DNA of 64,000 nucleotides from a virus: positions 39,046 to 103,045 of the IMG/VR virus record IMGVR_UViG_3300009702_000018; one strand, given 5' to 3'. The position numbers and the translations under genes were made by a program. The notes below the pieces were generated by a model that saw only the letters and a list, made by a program, of their open reading frames with translations, made no database searches and was not told the origin of the DNA. Of this stretch, positions 10,959-21,587 are shown piece after piece (within the stretch, counting starts at the first letter, position 1; each line of letters opens with the position of its first letter).

Positions 10959-11422
10959 TTTATCTCCTCCAAAGTTGAAACTAAAACAACAAGATCATTT
11001 ACCCCCGTTCTATATGTGTTTTTTATTTTATATTTTAATCCATCTACTTCTATTCTTATACTTTTATCTAAATATGTATATCCCGTTGCTGAATCACAAT
11101 CAATTAAAATATCTGGCAACCAAAATGTTAACCTAGCATCTGATTGAGGAACAAATCCAAATTTTTCTAAAGCATAATCTTGATATTTCATATTTCCTAT
11201 AAATGTTTTTAATACTCCCTTGACAGGATAAGTACTTTCTATTTGATAAAAATATTTACCTCCACAAGTGGAACAAGCAGGATTTGTTGCTTCATGAGAT
11301 ATTGGATCATATCCACAAGAACTACAAGTTACGGTTGATCCCCAAATAATTGATACATCCCTACCCCAAGATCTAATACTATTCTTTACTTGAGCTTCAT
11401 ATCCATCAGCAATTTTGCTCAT
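10955..11422 (-). CDS. Head closure/head-tail joining protein with Zn ribbon
   Basis: CSSC...CSTCGG, followed by beta-rich IEVDGLKYKI. Confidence 0.55.
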   Translation of the reverse strand: MSKIADGYEAQVKNSIRSWGRDVSIIWGSTVTCSSCGYDPISHEATNPACSTCGGKYFYQIESTYPVKGVLKTFIGNMKYQDYALEKFGFVPQSDARLTFWLPDILIDCDSATGYTYLDKSIRIEVDGLKYKIKNTYRTGVNDLVVLVSTLEEIK

Positions 11423-11430
11423 AATAATCC

Positions 11431-12225
11431 TTATTCATAAATAACATAACTTGAATTATAAGTATTATTTATTATCCCAGTAACAAAAGTATCAATAGCA
11501 TAACCATCGTTAGTATTCATTTTTACACTATATAATAATTTGTTATATTCCTCATATAATCTTTTAAGATTGTTACTTCTCAGTCTTAAAATAGATCCTA
11601 TGTCAACTTTAATATCTCCAACTTGAACATTGGCTCCATCAAATAAATAATCATTCATTGTGGATTCCAAAACCAAAATCAATGTTCTCATTTTAAATAA
11701 AGCCAAAGCAATTGTGGTTAAATCATGATTCCAAGTAACACTTGTTGGAGTAATTGTTAAAATATATCCCATATTAAATTCTGCTTGAACATCATCAACA
11801 GCATCTGACAAAAAATAATATAGATCTAAATTAGAAATTCTATAATTATTGGGATTTGTATCGCCTATCATTCTTCTAATAGATTGAATAATATTGCTTG
11901 GTTGTGTCATCTGCCAAGGAATTCGCATCCCATAAAAATATTGGGGGACATCCATTGTTACAAATTCCCCACCTACTATTCCTTGCCAATATGCTTGATA
12001 AATTCCTTCTTGTTGGGTGGATGCAGTTGATAATGTTACTTCATAATAATATACGCCTGTACTAAATTTAGTAGGAGTTCCACTATCATATAAAATACCA
12101 CTTGGATCATATATATCTACATGAGGAGAAGTTGGATCTGTTAAAACTCCATCATTATTTTTATAATTTGTATAAATTCTTTCTGGTTTCCCAAATAAAA
12201 CTTTTTTTAAAGAATCATCGTTCAT
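11431..12225 (-). CDS. Head-tail adaptor with N-terminal Ig-like domain
   Basis: N-terminal LTDP...IYDPSG...TGVYYY...GIYQAYW; C-terminal adaptor-like IRRMIGD. Confidence 0.55.
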   Translation of the reverse strand: MNDDSLKKVLFGKPERIYTNYKNNDGVLTDPTSPHVDIYDPSGILYDSGTPTKFSTGVYYYEVTLSTASTQQEGIYQAYWQGIVGGEFVTMDVPQYFYGMRIPWQMTQPSNIIQSIRRMIGDTNPNNYRISNLDLYYFLSDAVDDVQAEFNMGYILTITPTSVTWNHDLTTIALALFKMRTLILVLESTMNDYLFDGANVQVGDIKVDIGSILRLRSNNLKRLYEEYNKLLYSVKMNTNDGYAIDTFVTGIINNTYNSSYVIYE

Positions 12226-12287
12226 TTTTTAATCCAATCTGTTTTTCATAATAATATACGGTATTTAACCATATAATATATAAATTG

Positions 12288-15200
12288 TTATGACAATCGC
12301 TCCTTTTCTTTCTCTCTATTTGTCTTATAAATTTGAATTTTTGCCTTTTTCTCGTTAATTTCTATTTTGCTCTTATCTGGAAGTTGACAACTATCAATAT
12401 GTGCTTTTTGATTATATGCGGTAATTGATGGTTCTTTTGTTATAATATATATTTTACCTCCACCAATAGATTTCCAACTAATTCGTATGGTATGTCCTAA
12501 TATTTCTCCTACTGTATTATAAGCTAATATAATAGAGCCAAAAGATTTTTGCTCAATTCCATTAAAACTAATTGTTATATAAGAACTTAAAGATAAAGCA
12601 CCATTAAAACTTATTAAAATCTTTGAATCTTTTTTAAATTGAGAAGTAAAAGTATAAATAATTTGTTTATTAATAACACCAAATGAATTAAAAGTAAGCA
12701 ATAATTTGTTTGATTGACTTAAAATACCTTCAAAAGTAATTGGAATTTCAGAAGTATTAATTGTTTGACCAGTAAAACTATAAATATATTCAGATGAAAT
12801 AGTATCAAGCCCATAAAAAGTATATTTTAATAATTTGTTATTAGAATAAGCAGATTTAAATGAAATAAGATATTTAAAGGATAAAGTACTATAAGATTCA
12901 AATGTTATTTTTTCAATATCAGAGTTGACATCTTGAGCATTAAAAGAAAATTTAATTAATTTATGTTTTTTTACGGCTAAAGAAGAAATTGATAATAAGA
13001 TTCTATTGGAAGCGGATCCTTTGCCGTAAAAACTAAATTTAACTTTTTTAGAAGAAAAAGATTGAGATCTAAAGCTAATAATTTGTTTAATATAACCAAT
13101 CGTTTTTGAATGGAAACTTAATAAAATTAATTTATCTTTATGTTGTACAGCAAAAAACGTATATTTAATTTGAGAACTATTTGTTGTTTCAGAAGTAAAA
13201 GATAAAACAATATCATCTTGTTTAATGCCATAACTATTAAAAGAATATTTAATAATATGTTGAACATTATACGATGATAAAAATGTAATTTTTTCTTTTA
13301 ATGATATAATATCATAAGAATGAAAACTAATTAATTCTTTATGGCTTGAACTTTTAGCCGCTGAAAAAGTCAAATCAATATTATTTGTTAAATATGATTG
13401 ACCCCTAAAAGATAATAATAATTGATTAGATTTTTTAAATTGAGCTATAAATGAAATTAATAATTTTTTATCTAAAGATTTAGCACCAGAGAATGTAATA
13501 TTAATTCTATTATTATTTGTATTAAATGACCCAAAAGTTAATAATAATTTATTGTTATTGATACCAAAAGCATAAAAAGTATAAAATATGAAAGCATTGT
13601 TTGAATTTGAAGCCAAAAAAGTAATTTGTTCTTTTTTACTATCTGTGCTATATGATCCATAAGAAATAATTTTTGTTGCATATAAACTTTTAGCTGCAGA
13701 AAAAGTTATATGTGCTGTCTTGGACAAATAAGAATAAGCACCGAAAGACAGTATAATATTTTTGGGTAATTCATGTTGAGCTATAAACGAAAATAATATT
13801 TTTTTACTATGGGATTTTGCACCCGAAAATGTGATATTTATTTTATTAGAATTTATACCAAATGATCCAAAGGTCAATAATAATTTATTATTATTAATCC
13901 CAAAAGAACCAAATGAATATAATATTATATGATCATTTGTATTTGAACCCGAAAAAGTAATTAATTCTTGTTTATGTTGTGTATCCTTTGCTCCATAAGT
14001 AATTATTTCTTGGGAAGAAGTATGCTCTGATGCAGAGAAAGTTAAATTTAATTTATTACTTAAATAAGAATAAGCACCAAAAGACAACATAACATTGTTA
14101 GATAATTGACTTTGAGCTTCAAATGAAATTAATGATTTTTTATTAATAGATTTTTTGCCCGTAAATGAAAGCATAAGTTGATTTGAGCTTTCATAATAAG
14201 CCCCAAAAGAAAACAAAAATCTATTTGCTGAAATATAATAAGCACCAAATGTGCATTTTATTTTTTGTGAATAAAAAGAATATCCACCATAGGTTAAATT
14301 AATTTTTGATGATAAATGTCTTGCTCCAGAAAAAGTAACTTTTTTTGTCGCCGATGTTGAACTAACTCCATGAAAAGTAAGATCAAAATAACCTACGCCA
14401 CCACTCTGATATACAAGTTTTAATTGTCCATATTCATTCCCATAAAAATCAAAAAGTATATGCTTGCTATTATAATAAGTGGGTATAATATTTGTTTTTG
14501 TGGAAAATACATTATCAAAAGCACCCTGAATAGTAGTTTTAGTAATAAATCCTCTATATAATTCTACTGATTTATTTAATTTACCATCAATTTTGCTAAA
14601 ATCTATAACTTGATAAAAAGCTGTAACCGTAGCAGTAGGACCTGCCCACACTATTTGAGCAGTATCTCGTGATATAGGTTTGGAATAAAAAGTAGCAAAA
14701 TCAGGAAAATCTTCGGATCGTTGTGCAGAACTTTTAGCACCAATTATCATTAAATATGAATCAGAAGTTTCCACATCAATAGAAACAGACGTGGATAATG
14801 AATATCCTACAGATATTGGATTTCCAGATACTGTTACGCTATCTGTATATACATTCAATTTAGGATGATTTATAAAATGAAAAATAGCATTGTTAACCGA
14901 TAGAAATAGATCCACAGTGCTTGTATAATAATAAACCTGATCTGACAATCCAGTATCTAAATATCCTACCCATAAAGGAACATTGGACACATAACCATAA
15001 TCTCGTCTACTATATTCTACAAAAGAATGTTCTCCTAAATATGGAAAAATTGTTGTGGATGTTGTAAAGTCAGAACCATCTGGAGTCAAAGATATATTAT
15101 TTATAATTGTCCAATTTTTTCCAAATTCGACCAATGAATAATTATATTCTACTCTAAGAATGCCACTTGCTCTATTTAAATCAATATATGCATTTGTTCC

Positions 15201-15683
15201 TGTCCCAGAAATTTGAGCATTAGCAAGTAATGAAGGTGTTATTTGTGCTGTTCCATAATATTGAAAAGAAAATCCTCTAAAAAATGGAACACATTGATTT
15301 TTATCATTTACCGCTACCGGATTAGAAGAACCAATGGTAATACCACTATCCAATACAATAGTTGGGACATCTCTTACTATAAAAGCATCTTGAGAAGAGG
15401 TATCTCCTTCAATGCTAATAAGGTCAAATGCCGCTTCTACAGTAGAATCATAATAATCTCTTGAAAGGGAAATATATTGATGTGTTACAAGAGATGCTTT
15501 AAATGCACCATGATTATAATCTTCATAATAACTGGTATCATTCAGAAGTTGTAATTGATTTATTCTAATAAAAGCATATTTTACAGATTGAACGGAATCA
15601 AAATCATTAGGTGCTTGAAGTCCCAGAGAAACTACATTGTGATTAAGTGTTGCATGAAGATGTTGAACTTTAATATAAGACAT
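12288..15683 (-). CDS. Virion fibre-like protein with about 45 tandem 14-aa repeats
   Basis: Period-14 (F/Y)x(G/A/S)...(I/L)x(I/L/F/Y)(S/T) repeat from aa ~437 to ~1075. Confidence 0.65.
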   Translation of the reverse strand: MSYIKVQHLHATLNHNVVSLGLQAPNDFDSVQSVKYAFIRINQLQLLNDTSYYEDYNHGAFKASLVTHQYISLSRDYYDSTVEAAFDLISIEGDTSSQDAFIVRDVPTIVLDSGITIGSSNPVAVNDKNQCVPFFRGFSFQYYGTAQITPSLLANAQISGTGTNAYIDLNRASGILRVEYNYSLVEFGKNWTIINNISLTPDGSDFTTSTTIFPYLGEHSFVEYSRRDYGYVSNVPLWVGYLDTGLSDQVYYYTSTVDLFLSVNNAIFHFINHPKLNVYTDSVTVSGNPISVGYSLSTSVSIDVETSDSYLMIIGAKSSAQRSEDFPDFATFYSKPISRDTAQIVWAGPTATVTAFYQVIDFSKIDGKLNKSVELYRGFITKTTIQGAFDNVFSTKTNIIPTYYNSKHILFDFYGNEYGQLKLVYQSGGVGYFDLTFHGVSSTSATKKVTFSGARHLSSKINLTYGGYSFYSQKIKCTFGAYYISANRFLFSFGAYYESSNQLMLSFTGKKSINKKSLISFEAQSQLSNNVMLSFGAYSYLSNKLNLTFSASEHTSSQEIITYGAKDTQHKQELITFSGSNTNDHIILYSFGSFGINNNKLLLTFGSFGINSNKINITFSGAKSHSKKILFSFIAQHELPKNIILSFGAYSYLSKTAHITFSAAKSLYATKIISYGSYSTDSKKEQITFLASNSNNAFIFYTFYAFGINNNKLLLTFGSFNTNNNRINITFSGAKSLDKKLLISFIAQFKKSNQLLLSFRGQSYLTNNIDLTFSAAKSSSHKELISFHSYDIISLKEKITFLSSYNVQHIIKYSFNSYGIKQDDIVLSFTSETTNSSQIKYTFFAVQHKDKLILLSFHSKTIGYIKQIISFRSQSFSSKKVKFSFYGKGSASNRILLSISSLAVKKHKLIKFSFNAQDVNSDIEKITFESYSTLSFKYLISFKSAYSNNKLLKYTFYGLDTISSEYIYSFTGQTINTSEIPITFEGILSQSNKLLLTFNSFGVINKQIIYTFTSQFKKDSKILISFNGALSLSSYITISFNGIEQKSFGSIILAYNTVGEILGHTIRISWKSIGGGKIYIITKEPSITAYNQKAHIDSCQLPDKSKIEINEKKAKIQIYKTNREKEKERLS

Positions 15684-17458
15684 TATTCATAAACTTTTTC
15701 AACGGTTAAAAAATCCCAATACAATTGGGGATTATTGTCTCCTCCATCATATCCATATCCAAACCATAAAATAGCGGGAGTACTTAATAATTCCAATTCA
15801 GGAGATATTAGTTCTTTATTTAAATAAAAAGTAATTTTATTGGAGACAATTTTAAAAGAAAGTTGTTGAAAATTTTTTATTGTAGGTTGCCAAGGACTTG
15901 AAACAGCAACTGATGACCAACCCGCTATTCCATTACAATAACCAACTTTTAAATCTTCATAAAGCAAGCCTATGGCATAATAACTGGAGTCTACCGTTTT
16001 TATACCAAAAGAAGCTCTTGGTTGTCCAAATGATTCATCCCACACACCTATATTTGCTTCGATATTATTAGTATAATTAGTGGGCAACGCCGTATAGGCA
16101 TATGCTGTGGTTACCGTGCCAATTTGTTTTTGCATTTGTAAAGATTTATCACCTGAAAAAATTTTATTGGTATGTGTGCTTTCAGAATTAACGACTTGCC
16201 AATCATTATGTAAAATATTATATAATGGCCATACTGATGTATTTATAAAAGAAGGAACTTCATAACTTTCAAAATTTTCATAAATACCAAAAATTTTCTT
16301 TGGATTATAGACATAAGGAGTAGAAGTCATTTTTCCATAATATAAATAATGCATTCCTGCAGTATCATAGGCTCTGGCTGTGGGAATTGTGGTCGCTAAT
16401 TCATAATATATTTTTGTTTCTTCTTCATTCCAAAAATCAGCTATGGTATTAGTTGGAACGTCAACCTCAGAATTTCCCCCTGAATATATACATACTACAT
16501 CCTCACCACCGTCTTGCATTCTTCCATATTCTTTAATATCAGAATAATAATATACATCATATCCGGCATTGGATACAATTTCTATTTGATTATTTTCTAT
16601 ATTATGTTTACCATTAACCATTCCAATACCAAGAGAACTTCTTCGAGTAATATATCTTAAATCCCAAGTGGATCCTCGATCATGTGAATACCATTCCACT
16701 AATTCTGCTCCCCACCAAGCACTATCTGTAAATCCATTTGCATAAGTAGTATCTTGTATTAATCCAAAAACATGAATAATATTATTTAAATCTATTTCGA
16801 TTGTTCCGTAATGTCTTCCCTTCCAAGCTCTCACAGAGGAATCATATCCATTTGATAAAAGAGCAGTAGAAATATTTCTGGTAATCCAACCATTTAATTG
16901 TGCTCCAGAAGAAGCGGCATCATGCCAAGCAACATAACATAAACATGGATTGTTAACATTTTCTTGGAATTGGTGAAAAGTAAAATATGGTTTTTGCATT
17001 GTATATGTTCCATTATCTGTTGTAATACTTACTGTATCAACGGGAGATACTGCCAATCCTTGAGTATTAGTCATATCGCTTATTCCATGATAAGTAGATA
17101 AATCTTTTCGGCTATATGCAGTTGCAACCAATGAACTTGCAGCAACAGTACTTGTTAATACCATAGGATAAGGATTTAATTTATGATATGGTTCTGCTTG
17201 CAAATGTCCATATATATCATACCACCTACTTCCAGATAAAGCTACATTAGATCCCGATTTTGCTTGTTGACTTCTTGCCGTATCTGATGGACTCCATAAA
17301 TAATAAATAGCACAGGCTGAATTGGTATTTCCATAGGAATCATCTTGTGCCAATACAAGATGTATAACATCATATTTGTCAATAACCACTCCTCCTGAAT
17401 ATATACTTTTATTAATACCAGAAACGCTTGCTATTGTTTCTTCACCTGTCCATTGCAT
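15683..17458 (-). CDS. Virion protein: C-terminal half of a BNR/Asp-box propeller, plus DUF2341-like and lectin-like domains
   Basis: Asp-box SHDRGSTW; IDKYDVIHLV; IEIDLNNIIHVF; beta-sandwich-like C-terminus. Confidence 0.55.
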   Translation of the reverse strand: MQWTGEETIASVSGINKSIYSGGVVIDKYDVIHLVLAQDDSYGNTNSACAIYYLWSPSDTARSQQAKSGSNVALSGSRWYDIYGHLQAEPYHKLNPYPMVLTSTVAASSLVATAYSRKDLSTYHGISDMTNTQGLAVSPVDTVSITTDNGTYTMQKPYFTFHQFQENVNNPCLCYVAWHDAASSGAQLNGWITRNISTALLSNGYDSSVRAWKGRHYGTIEIDLNNIIHVFGLIQDTTYANGFTDSAWWGAELVEWYSHDRGSTWDLRYITRRSSLGIGMVNGKHNIENNQIEIVSNAGYDVYYYSDIKEYGRMQDGGEDVVCIYSGGNSEVDVPTNTIADFWNEEETKIYYELATTIPTARAYDTAGMHYLYYGKMTSTPYVYNPKKIFGIYENFESYEVPSFINTSVWPLYNILHNDWQVVNSESTHTNKIFSGDKSLQMQKQIGTVTTAYAYTALPTNYTNNIEANIGVWDESFGQPRASFGIKTVDSSYYAIGLLYEDLKVGYCNGIAGWSSVAVSSPWQPTIKNFQQLSFKIVSNKITFYLNKELISPELELLSTPAILWFGYGYDGGDNNPQLYWDFLTVEKVYE

Positions 17459-18837
17459 TATGTACTTCCTCCAGTTTGTGGTTCATCCCAATAGATATTC
17501 ATACACCAGTTACTATTATTTCCAGTAATTCCTCTATAAGTTACATATAAACCATTATCGCTATGTATTAATCTCGGATAAGTCCCATATAAAGGAATTG
17601 CAACAGTATCCACAAAACCCCCACTTAAATCATTGATATTTGCAGATTTAGATAATTGCCCAGCACTATGATGTCCTTCTAATTCTAACCATAAATAACC
17701 TTCATGATCTACTTCTAAACTAGGATAAAAATGACTATCCCAATCTGCATGCCCAGTAATGCCATTAATACCAAGATTATATGCGGTCGACCAAGTATTT
17801 GTATTGTGATATAAAGTTCTTCCCCATGCATATCCATTCATTGCTCTCCAAACAACATGAGTTTTTCCTTTGTAATATACCACATGATTACCCGATGAAT
17901 GTTGAATTGCTTCATTAAAATGCCCGTTACTCGCAATCTTTTTTCTATGACCTGTGGGCATTATAATAAAAGAATTGGTTCCTTTTGGCATTTGATCATG
18001 ACTATCATTTTGATACAATGGAATTCTAAAAGCATAAGTAGATGCTATATTAGGCCATTTAACCTCAGGTCCTAAAGTAATATTACAACTGGTATCTTTA
18101 TGTGTCGCAAATTCAATAGTAGAAGGATTAAATTCCCATTTATATTTTGAAAAAGAAAAATGAGATATTTGATCAGCATCTGCAGAGGCAAACATAGCAT
18201 ATCCCGCAGAATTAGTATATTGATATGATACAATCACACCAGAATTATCCAACCCATCTATTTTAACATGTTCAACTGGCTCTTTATAATACCAATCTTT
18301 TACATAAAAAGATATATCATGAAGATCTTGCGGATATTCATAATTAATAATCAAATAACATTGAGTAACTCTGGTATAATTGCCAAGACCTATTCTATTC
18401 AACTTAAAACCAAATTGTAAACCATTGAGATCTGATTGAGTCCATGCATTGTAAGTTAGTGGATTTGCACTCCAAGTTTTGGTATATCCACTCCAAGAGC
18501 CGACAGATATATATCCTTGAGTATCAATATAGTCCGACCCATTAATATTTAACATAGGATAGGCTGTACCCTTATCGGTACTTTGATTAATGTTGAAATG
18601 TATGGAAACACTATTTATTACAGTTATCTGAGAAAAATTTGGAACATCTGCGGTATCATAATTATATAATTCATTTGATCTTTTAAGAAATGTAGCTGGA
18701 CAATATATATATGAGGTATTTCCATCTGGTGTAGAAAAGGGATCGTCAATTGCTTGCCAATGAGATGTTGCTCCACTTAAAGATAAATCTGAATAATTTC
18801 CTGTGCTAACCGCTAATACGCTGGCATTTTTAATCAT
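17458..18837 (-). CDS. Virion protein ending in the N-terminal half of a BNR_4-like propeller
   Basis: DSHFYPSLEVDHEGYLW...HH...TYP motifs typical of BNR repeat family 4. Confidence 0.55.
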   Translation of the reverse strand: MIKNASVLAVSTGNYSDLSLSGATSHWQAIDDPFSTPDGNTSYIYCPATFLKRSNELYNYDTADVPNFSQITVINSVSIHFNINQSTDKGTAYPMLNINGSDYIDTQGYISVGSWSGYTKTWSANPLTYNAWTQSDLNGLQFGFKLNRIGLGNYTRVTQCYLIINYEYPQDLHDISFYVKDWYYKEPVEHVKIDGLDNSGVIVSYQYTNSAGYAMFASADADQISHFSFSKYKWEFNPSTIEFATHKDTSCNITLGPEVKWPNIASTYAFRIPLYQNDSHDQMPKGTNSFIIMPTGHRKKIASNGHFNEAIQHSSGNHVVYYKGKTHVVWRAMNGYAWGRTLYHNTNTWSTAYNLGINGITGHADWDSHFYPSLEVDHEGYLWLELEGHHSAGQLSKSANINDLSGGFVDTVAIPLYGTYPRLIHSDNGLYVTYRGITGNNSNWCMNIYWDEPQTGGST

Positions 18838-18868
18838 AATTTAGTCTCCATAATAAGGAGATATTTTT

Positions 18869-19186
18869 TTATTGATATATTTGGGGACATTGTTCTTCTC
18901 TCAATTCTCCTGTGATAGAATCGAGAGAAAAAAATGGGGAAGAAGCATAGCCAAAGAAATATTTTAAATTCTCTAATTTATGAGGATTTAAACTATAAAA
19001 CCATCTTCTAAAGAAAACAAATTTTTTATCTCGGTCTATCACTAATTCATATTGTTTTTTATCAAATTTAGATTTAAAACTAACTTTGACAACTGTATCT
19101 TTATCATAATGATCGCAGTCTGTAATTTTTCCAGTATTATGATAAAATAATACATTCCATCTTTTTTGTATATCAGCTTTCGTCAT
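18869..19186 (-). CDS. Hypothetical protein
   Basis: Track ORF 18869-19246; likely start MTKAD at 19186. Confidence 0.5.
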   Translation of the reverse strand: MTKADIQKRWNVLFYHNTGKITDCDHYDKDTVVKVSFKSKFDKKQYELVIDRDKKFVFFRRWFYSLNPHKLENLKYFFGYASSPFFSLDSITGELREEQCPQIYQ

Positions 19187-19682
19187 ATGAATAATGGTAT
19201 ACCATTGCTTCTCCAGCATGATCTCCCACCGCAGCAGAAGAATCAACCCTCATTTGCATCACAAGATATTCACTTGTATCTCCAATAGAAGTCATTGTAG
19301 TATCACTCCACAACATGGTTTGAGACATATCTGGATAAGCTGTTGAATTGGTTGTTGCTAAAGAAGAAGTACTTAAAGAGGGTGTTGCAGCAACAGAAGT
19401 TGCCCCAACATACATAAAAATTCCCTGACTAGGAGGGAAAGGAGACCCCCAAAATCTTATATTTGTAACATTGTTATTTGGGGCATTTATAACTTTTAAA
19501 TAAAGCCACACTTCTATTGAAAAACCAAATCCCGAATCATGTGGTTTTCTAATAGGGAAAAATGAAGCATCTGCTTGAGCACTATCTATAGTCCCAAATT
19601 GAACAAAATTATCATAAAATGCATCACTTTCCCTTGCCAACGAAGTTCCAAGACCTCTTTTCAGTTGCAATGTGGCAGACAT
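19173..19682 (-). CDS. Putative virion structural protein
   Basis: Ser/Thr/Ala-rich beta protein in the head module. Confidence 0.5.
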   Translation of the reverse strand: MSATLQLKRGLGTSLARESDAFYDNFVQFGTIDSAQADASFFPIRKPHDSGFGFSIEVWLYLKVINAPNNNVTNIRFWGSPFPPSQGIFMYVGATSVAATPSLSTSSLATTNSTAYPDMSQTMLWSDTTMTSIGDTSEYLVMQMRVDSSAAVGDHAGEAMVYHYSYDES

Positions 19683-20138
19683 TTATTCCTCATACATCTT
19701 CTTAATAACACTATTTTCAATATCACTAAATTGCTTTTCTATTTTACTATGAGGATTAACAACATTTAATATTTGAGAATAAGAAAAATTATTTTTTTCA
19801 TTTACCCACAAGAAATGTCTATAATCTCCTAATCGATAAGATAGTCCCGTATAATTATCTTTTCTGTTCCCACCAGCTAAATCACTAACATGCTTATAAA
19901 AAATCCAAAATTTACCAAAATCTTCAGAAGAAAGAAATAATGAATTTTTACTCAAAGTAGGACTATTATATCTAACATTATTAACAATTAACTCCACATG
20001 AGTTATATACTTTTTTTCTTGATTTATATCTAGATTTTTTCTTAAATATTCTAATACTTTATCCCAAGGATTAACATTGGAATCAAAACTATTAGAAGAA
20101 ATTCTTTGTCCATCTGACACAGAAACAATCCAATTCAT
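19683..20138 (-). CDS. Hypothetical protein
   Basis: 151 aa ORF with RBS. Confidence 0.55.
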   Translation of the reverse strand: MNWIVSVSDGQRISSNSFDSNVNPWDKVLEYLRKNLDINQEKKYITHVELIVNNVRYNSPTLSKNSLFLSSEDFGKFWIFYKHVSDLAGGNRKDNYTGLSYRLGDYRHFLWVNEKNNFSYSQILNVVNPHSKIEKQFSDIENSVIKKMYEE

Positions 20139-20151
20139 AATAAACCTTTCT

Positions 20152-20343
20152 TTATTTTACTTTTTCTATTGTAATCTTTACTTTATTACCTTTAAATTTT
20201 TGCCAAATTTCAAATGGCAAATTTATTGTACCATAATCAATAGCAGATTCTGGTTTATCAATATTTTTCTTATTTATTTTGTTAAAATTAAATTCAATAT
20301 TATTTGAATTTTTCCAAAATGTTACATTCCCATAAATTTCCAT
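20152..20343 (-). CDS. Hypothetical protein
   Basis: 63 aa ORF with AGGAG RBS. Confidence 0.55.
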   Translation of the reverse strand: MEIYGNVTFWKNSNNIEFNFNKINKKNIDKPESAIDYGTINLPFEIWQKFKGNKVKITIEKVK

Positions 20344-20353
20344 ATCTTACTCC

Positions 20354-20992
20354 TTAATAATAAGTACATTCAACTTTAAGTCTGTTACTATCATTAAATC
20401 CCACAATAGTTGGCATTATTGATATTCCTATAAACCAATCATGATCAGTATCGGCACTCGCAGTATGAGCTGTAAGACTTAATTTATTAGTCGGATCAGG
20501 AGTTGACCATTGAGGTGATACAGTATGTAACTCAACCATTCCCACAATACAATTTGTAATTGGGCTATCTCCAGTAGTACCAGAACCAGCCCAAACATTA
20601 ACAGGATTACATCTTACACCAAAAGTATGATTAAAATGTAAATCGATACCTTGCGAGGGACGAGGGCTTGATGCTGACATCGTAGCAATTGAACTGGCAC
20701 TATTAATATAACAAACTGCTGCAGAAGACCAACCCCCCGTTGGACTAAAACCAGAAGCAGGATGTAAAGGCCATAAGTGATTAGTAACACAAAGATCAGT
20801 AGAACTTTCTGCTGTATTTGCTGCAAGATGTAATGCATTATTCCAAGTATTTAGATTTATATTGCCCTGAAAGTTAGAACGTCCACCCGCCCCAAAAGAT
20901 AAGGCATAAGCACTGGAACTACTTAAAAACACAGCAGTTGCAGTAGAAGTAGATGTTCCACTTTCCCAAGCGTAAAAAGTCCATTCAGCCAT
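20354..20992 (-). CDS. Putative virion structural protein
   Basis: Ser/Thr/Ala/Gly-rich; AGGAG RBS. Confidence 0.55.
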   Translation of the reverse strand: MAEWTFYAWESGTSTSTATAVFLSSSSAYALSFGAGGRSNFQGNINLNTWNNALHLAANTAESSTDLCVTNHLWPLHPASGFSPTGGWSSAAVCYINSASSIATMSASSPRPSQGIDLHFNHTFGVRCNPVNVWAGSGTTGDSPITNCIVGMVELHTVSPQWSTPDPTNKLSLTAHTASADTDHDWFIGISIMPTIVGFNDSNRLKVECTYY

Positions 20993-21004
20993 TTAATTTT
21001 CTCC

Positions 21005-21547
21005 TTAAATTTCTTTATCTACTGGAGATTTTTTACTCTCCAAATATTCTTCTTCAATTTTTTTAATTTTATGATCACAATAGATAATTAAAGAACTAGG
21101 ATAATCGGCTTCAATTAAAGAATCTTTAAATCTTTTTACCGCAAATTCACTTGTCATCGCATCAATAATTTTTTCTAAATCATCAGGATTATCCTTATAT
21201 TTTTCAATAATTCTTTTCATAGTAGAATCGTTCATAGCATTTTTATTATATAATTCTTCTTCACTTTCTATATTTTTATCTTCAACTATCCAACCGTTCA
21301 TAAAATCTTTAGATTTTAATAAAATTTCTCTTTCTTGTTCTGTAATATTAGTTTTTGTTTCATGACCTTCGAACCAATCAGTGCTTCCATCTTCACGAGG
21401 GAAAAACATAAGTCCTGGTCTTAAATTAGTAAAACTATAATAAACTTTTTCTTCCAAGACGACCAAATGTTCGTCGCCTAATTGATCCCTTAAAATTTTT
21501 GCTTTTTTATTAGGGACTATTTTTCTTTTAGTTGTTTTTTTAGCCAT
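21005..21547 (-). CDS. Hypothetical protein after the major capsid gene
   Basis: 180 aa ORF with RBS. Confidence 0.6.
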   Translation of the reverse strand: MAKKTTKRKIVPNKKAKILRDQLGDEHLVVLEEKVYYSFTNLRPGLMFFPREDGSTDWFEGHETKTNITEQEREILLKSKDFMNGWIVEDKNIESEEELYNKNAMNDSTMKRIIEKYKDNPDDLEKIIDAMTSEFAVKRFKDSLIEADYPSSLIIYCDHKIKKIEEEYLESKKSPVDKEI

Positions 21548-21562
21548 TCTTTACCTTTCTGA

Positions 21563-21582
21563 TTAGGGGCTAATAAGCCCCC
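21563..21582 (-). terminator. Hairpin after the major capsid gene
   Basis: GGGGCT-aata-AGCCCC; weak U-tract. Confidence 0.4.
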
Positions 21583-21587
21583 ATATA

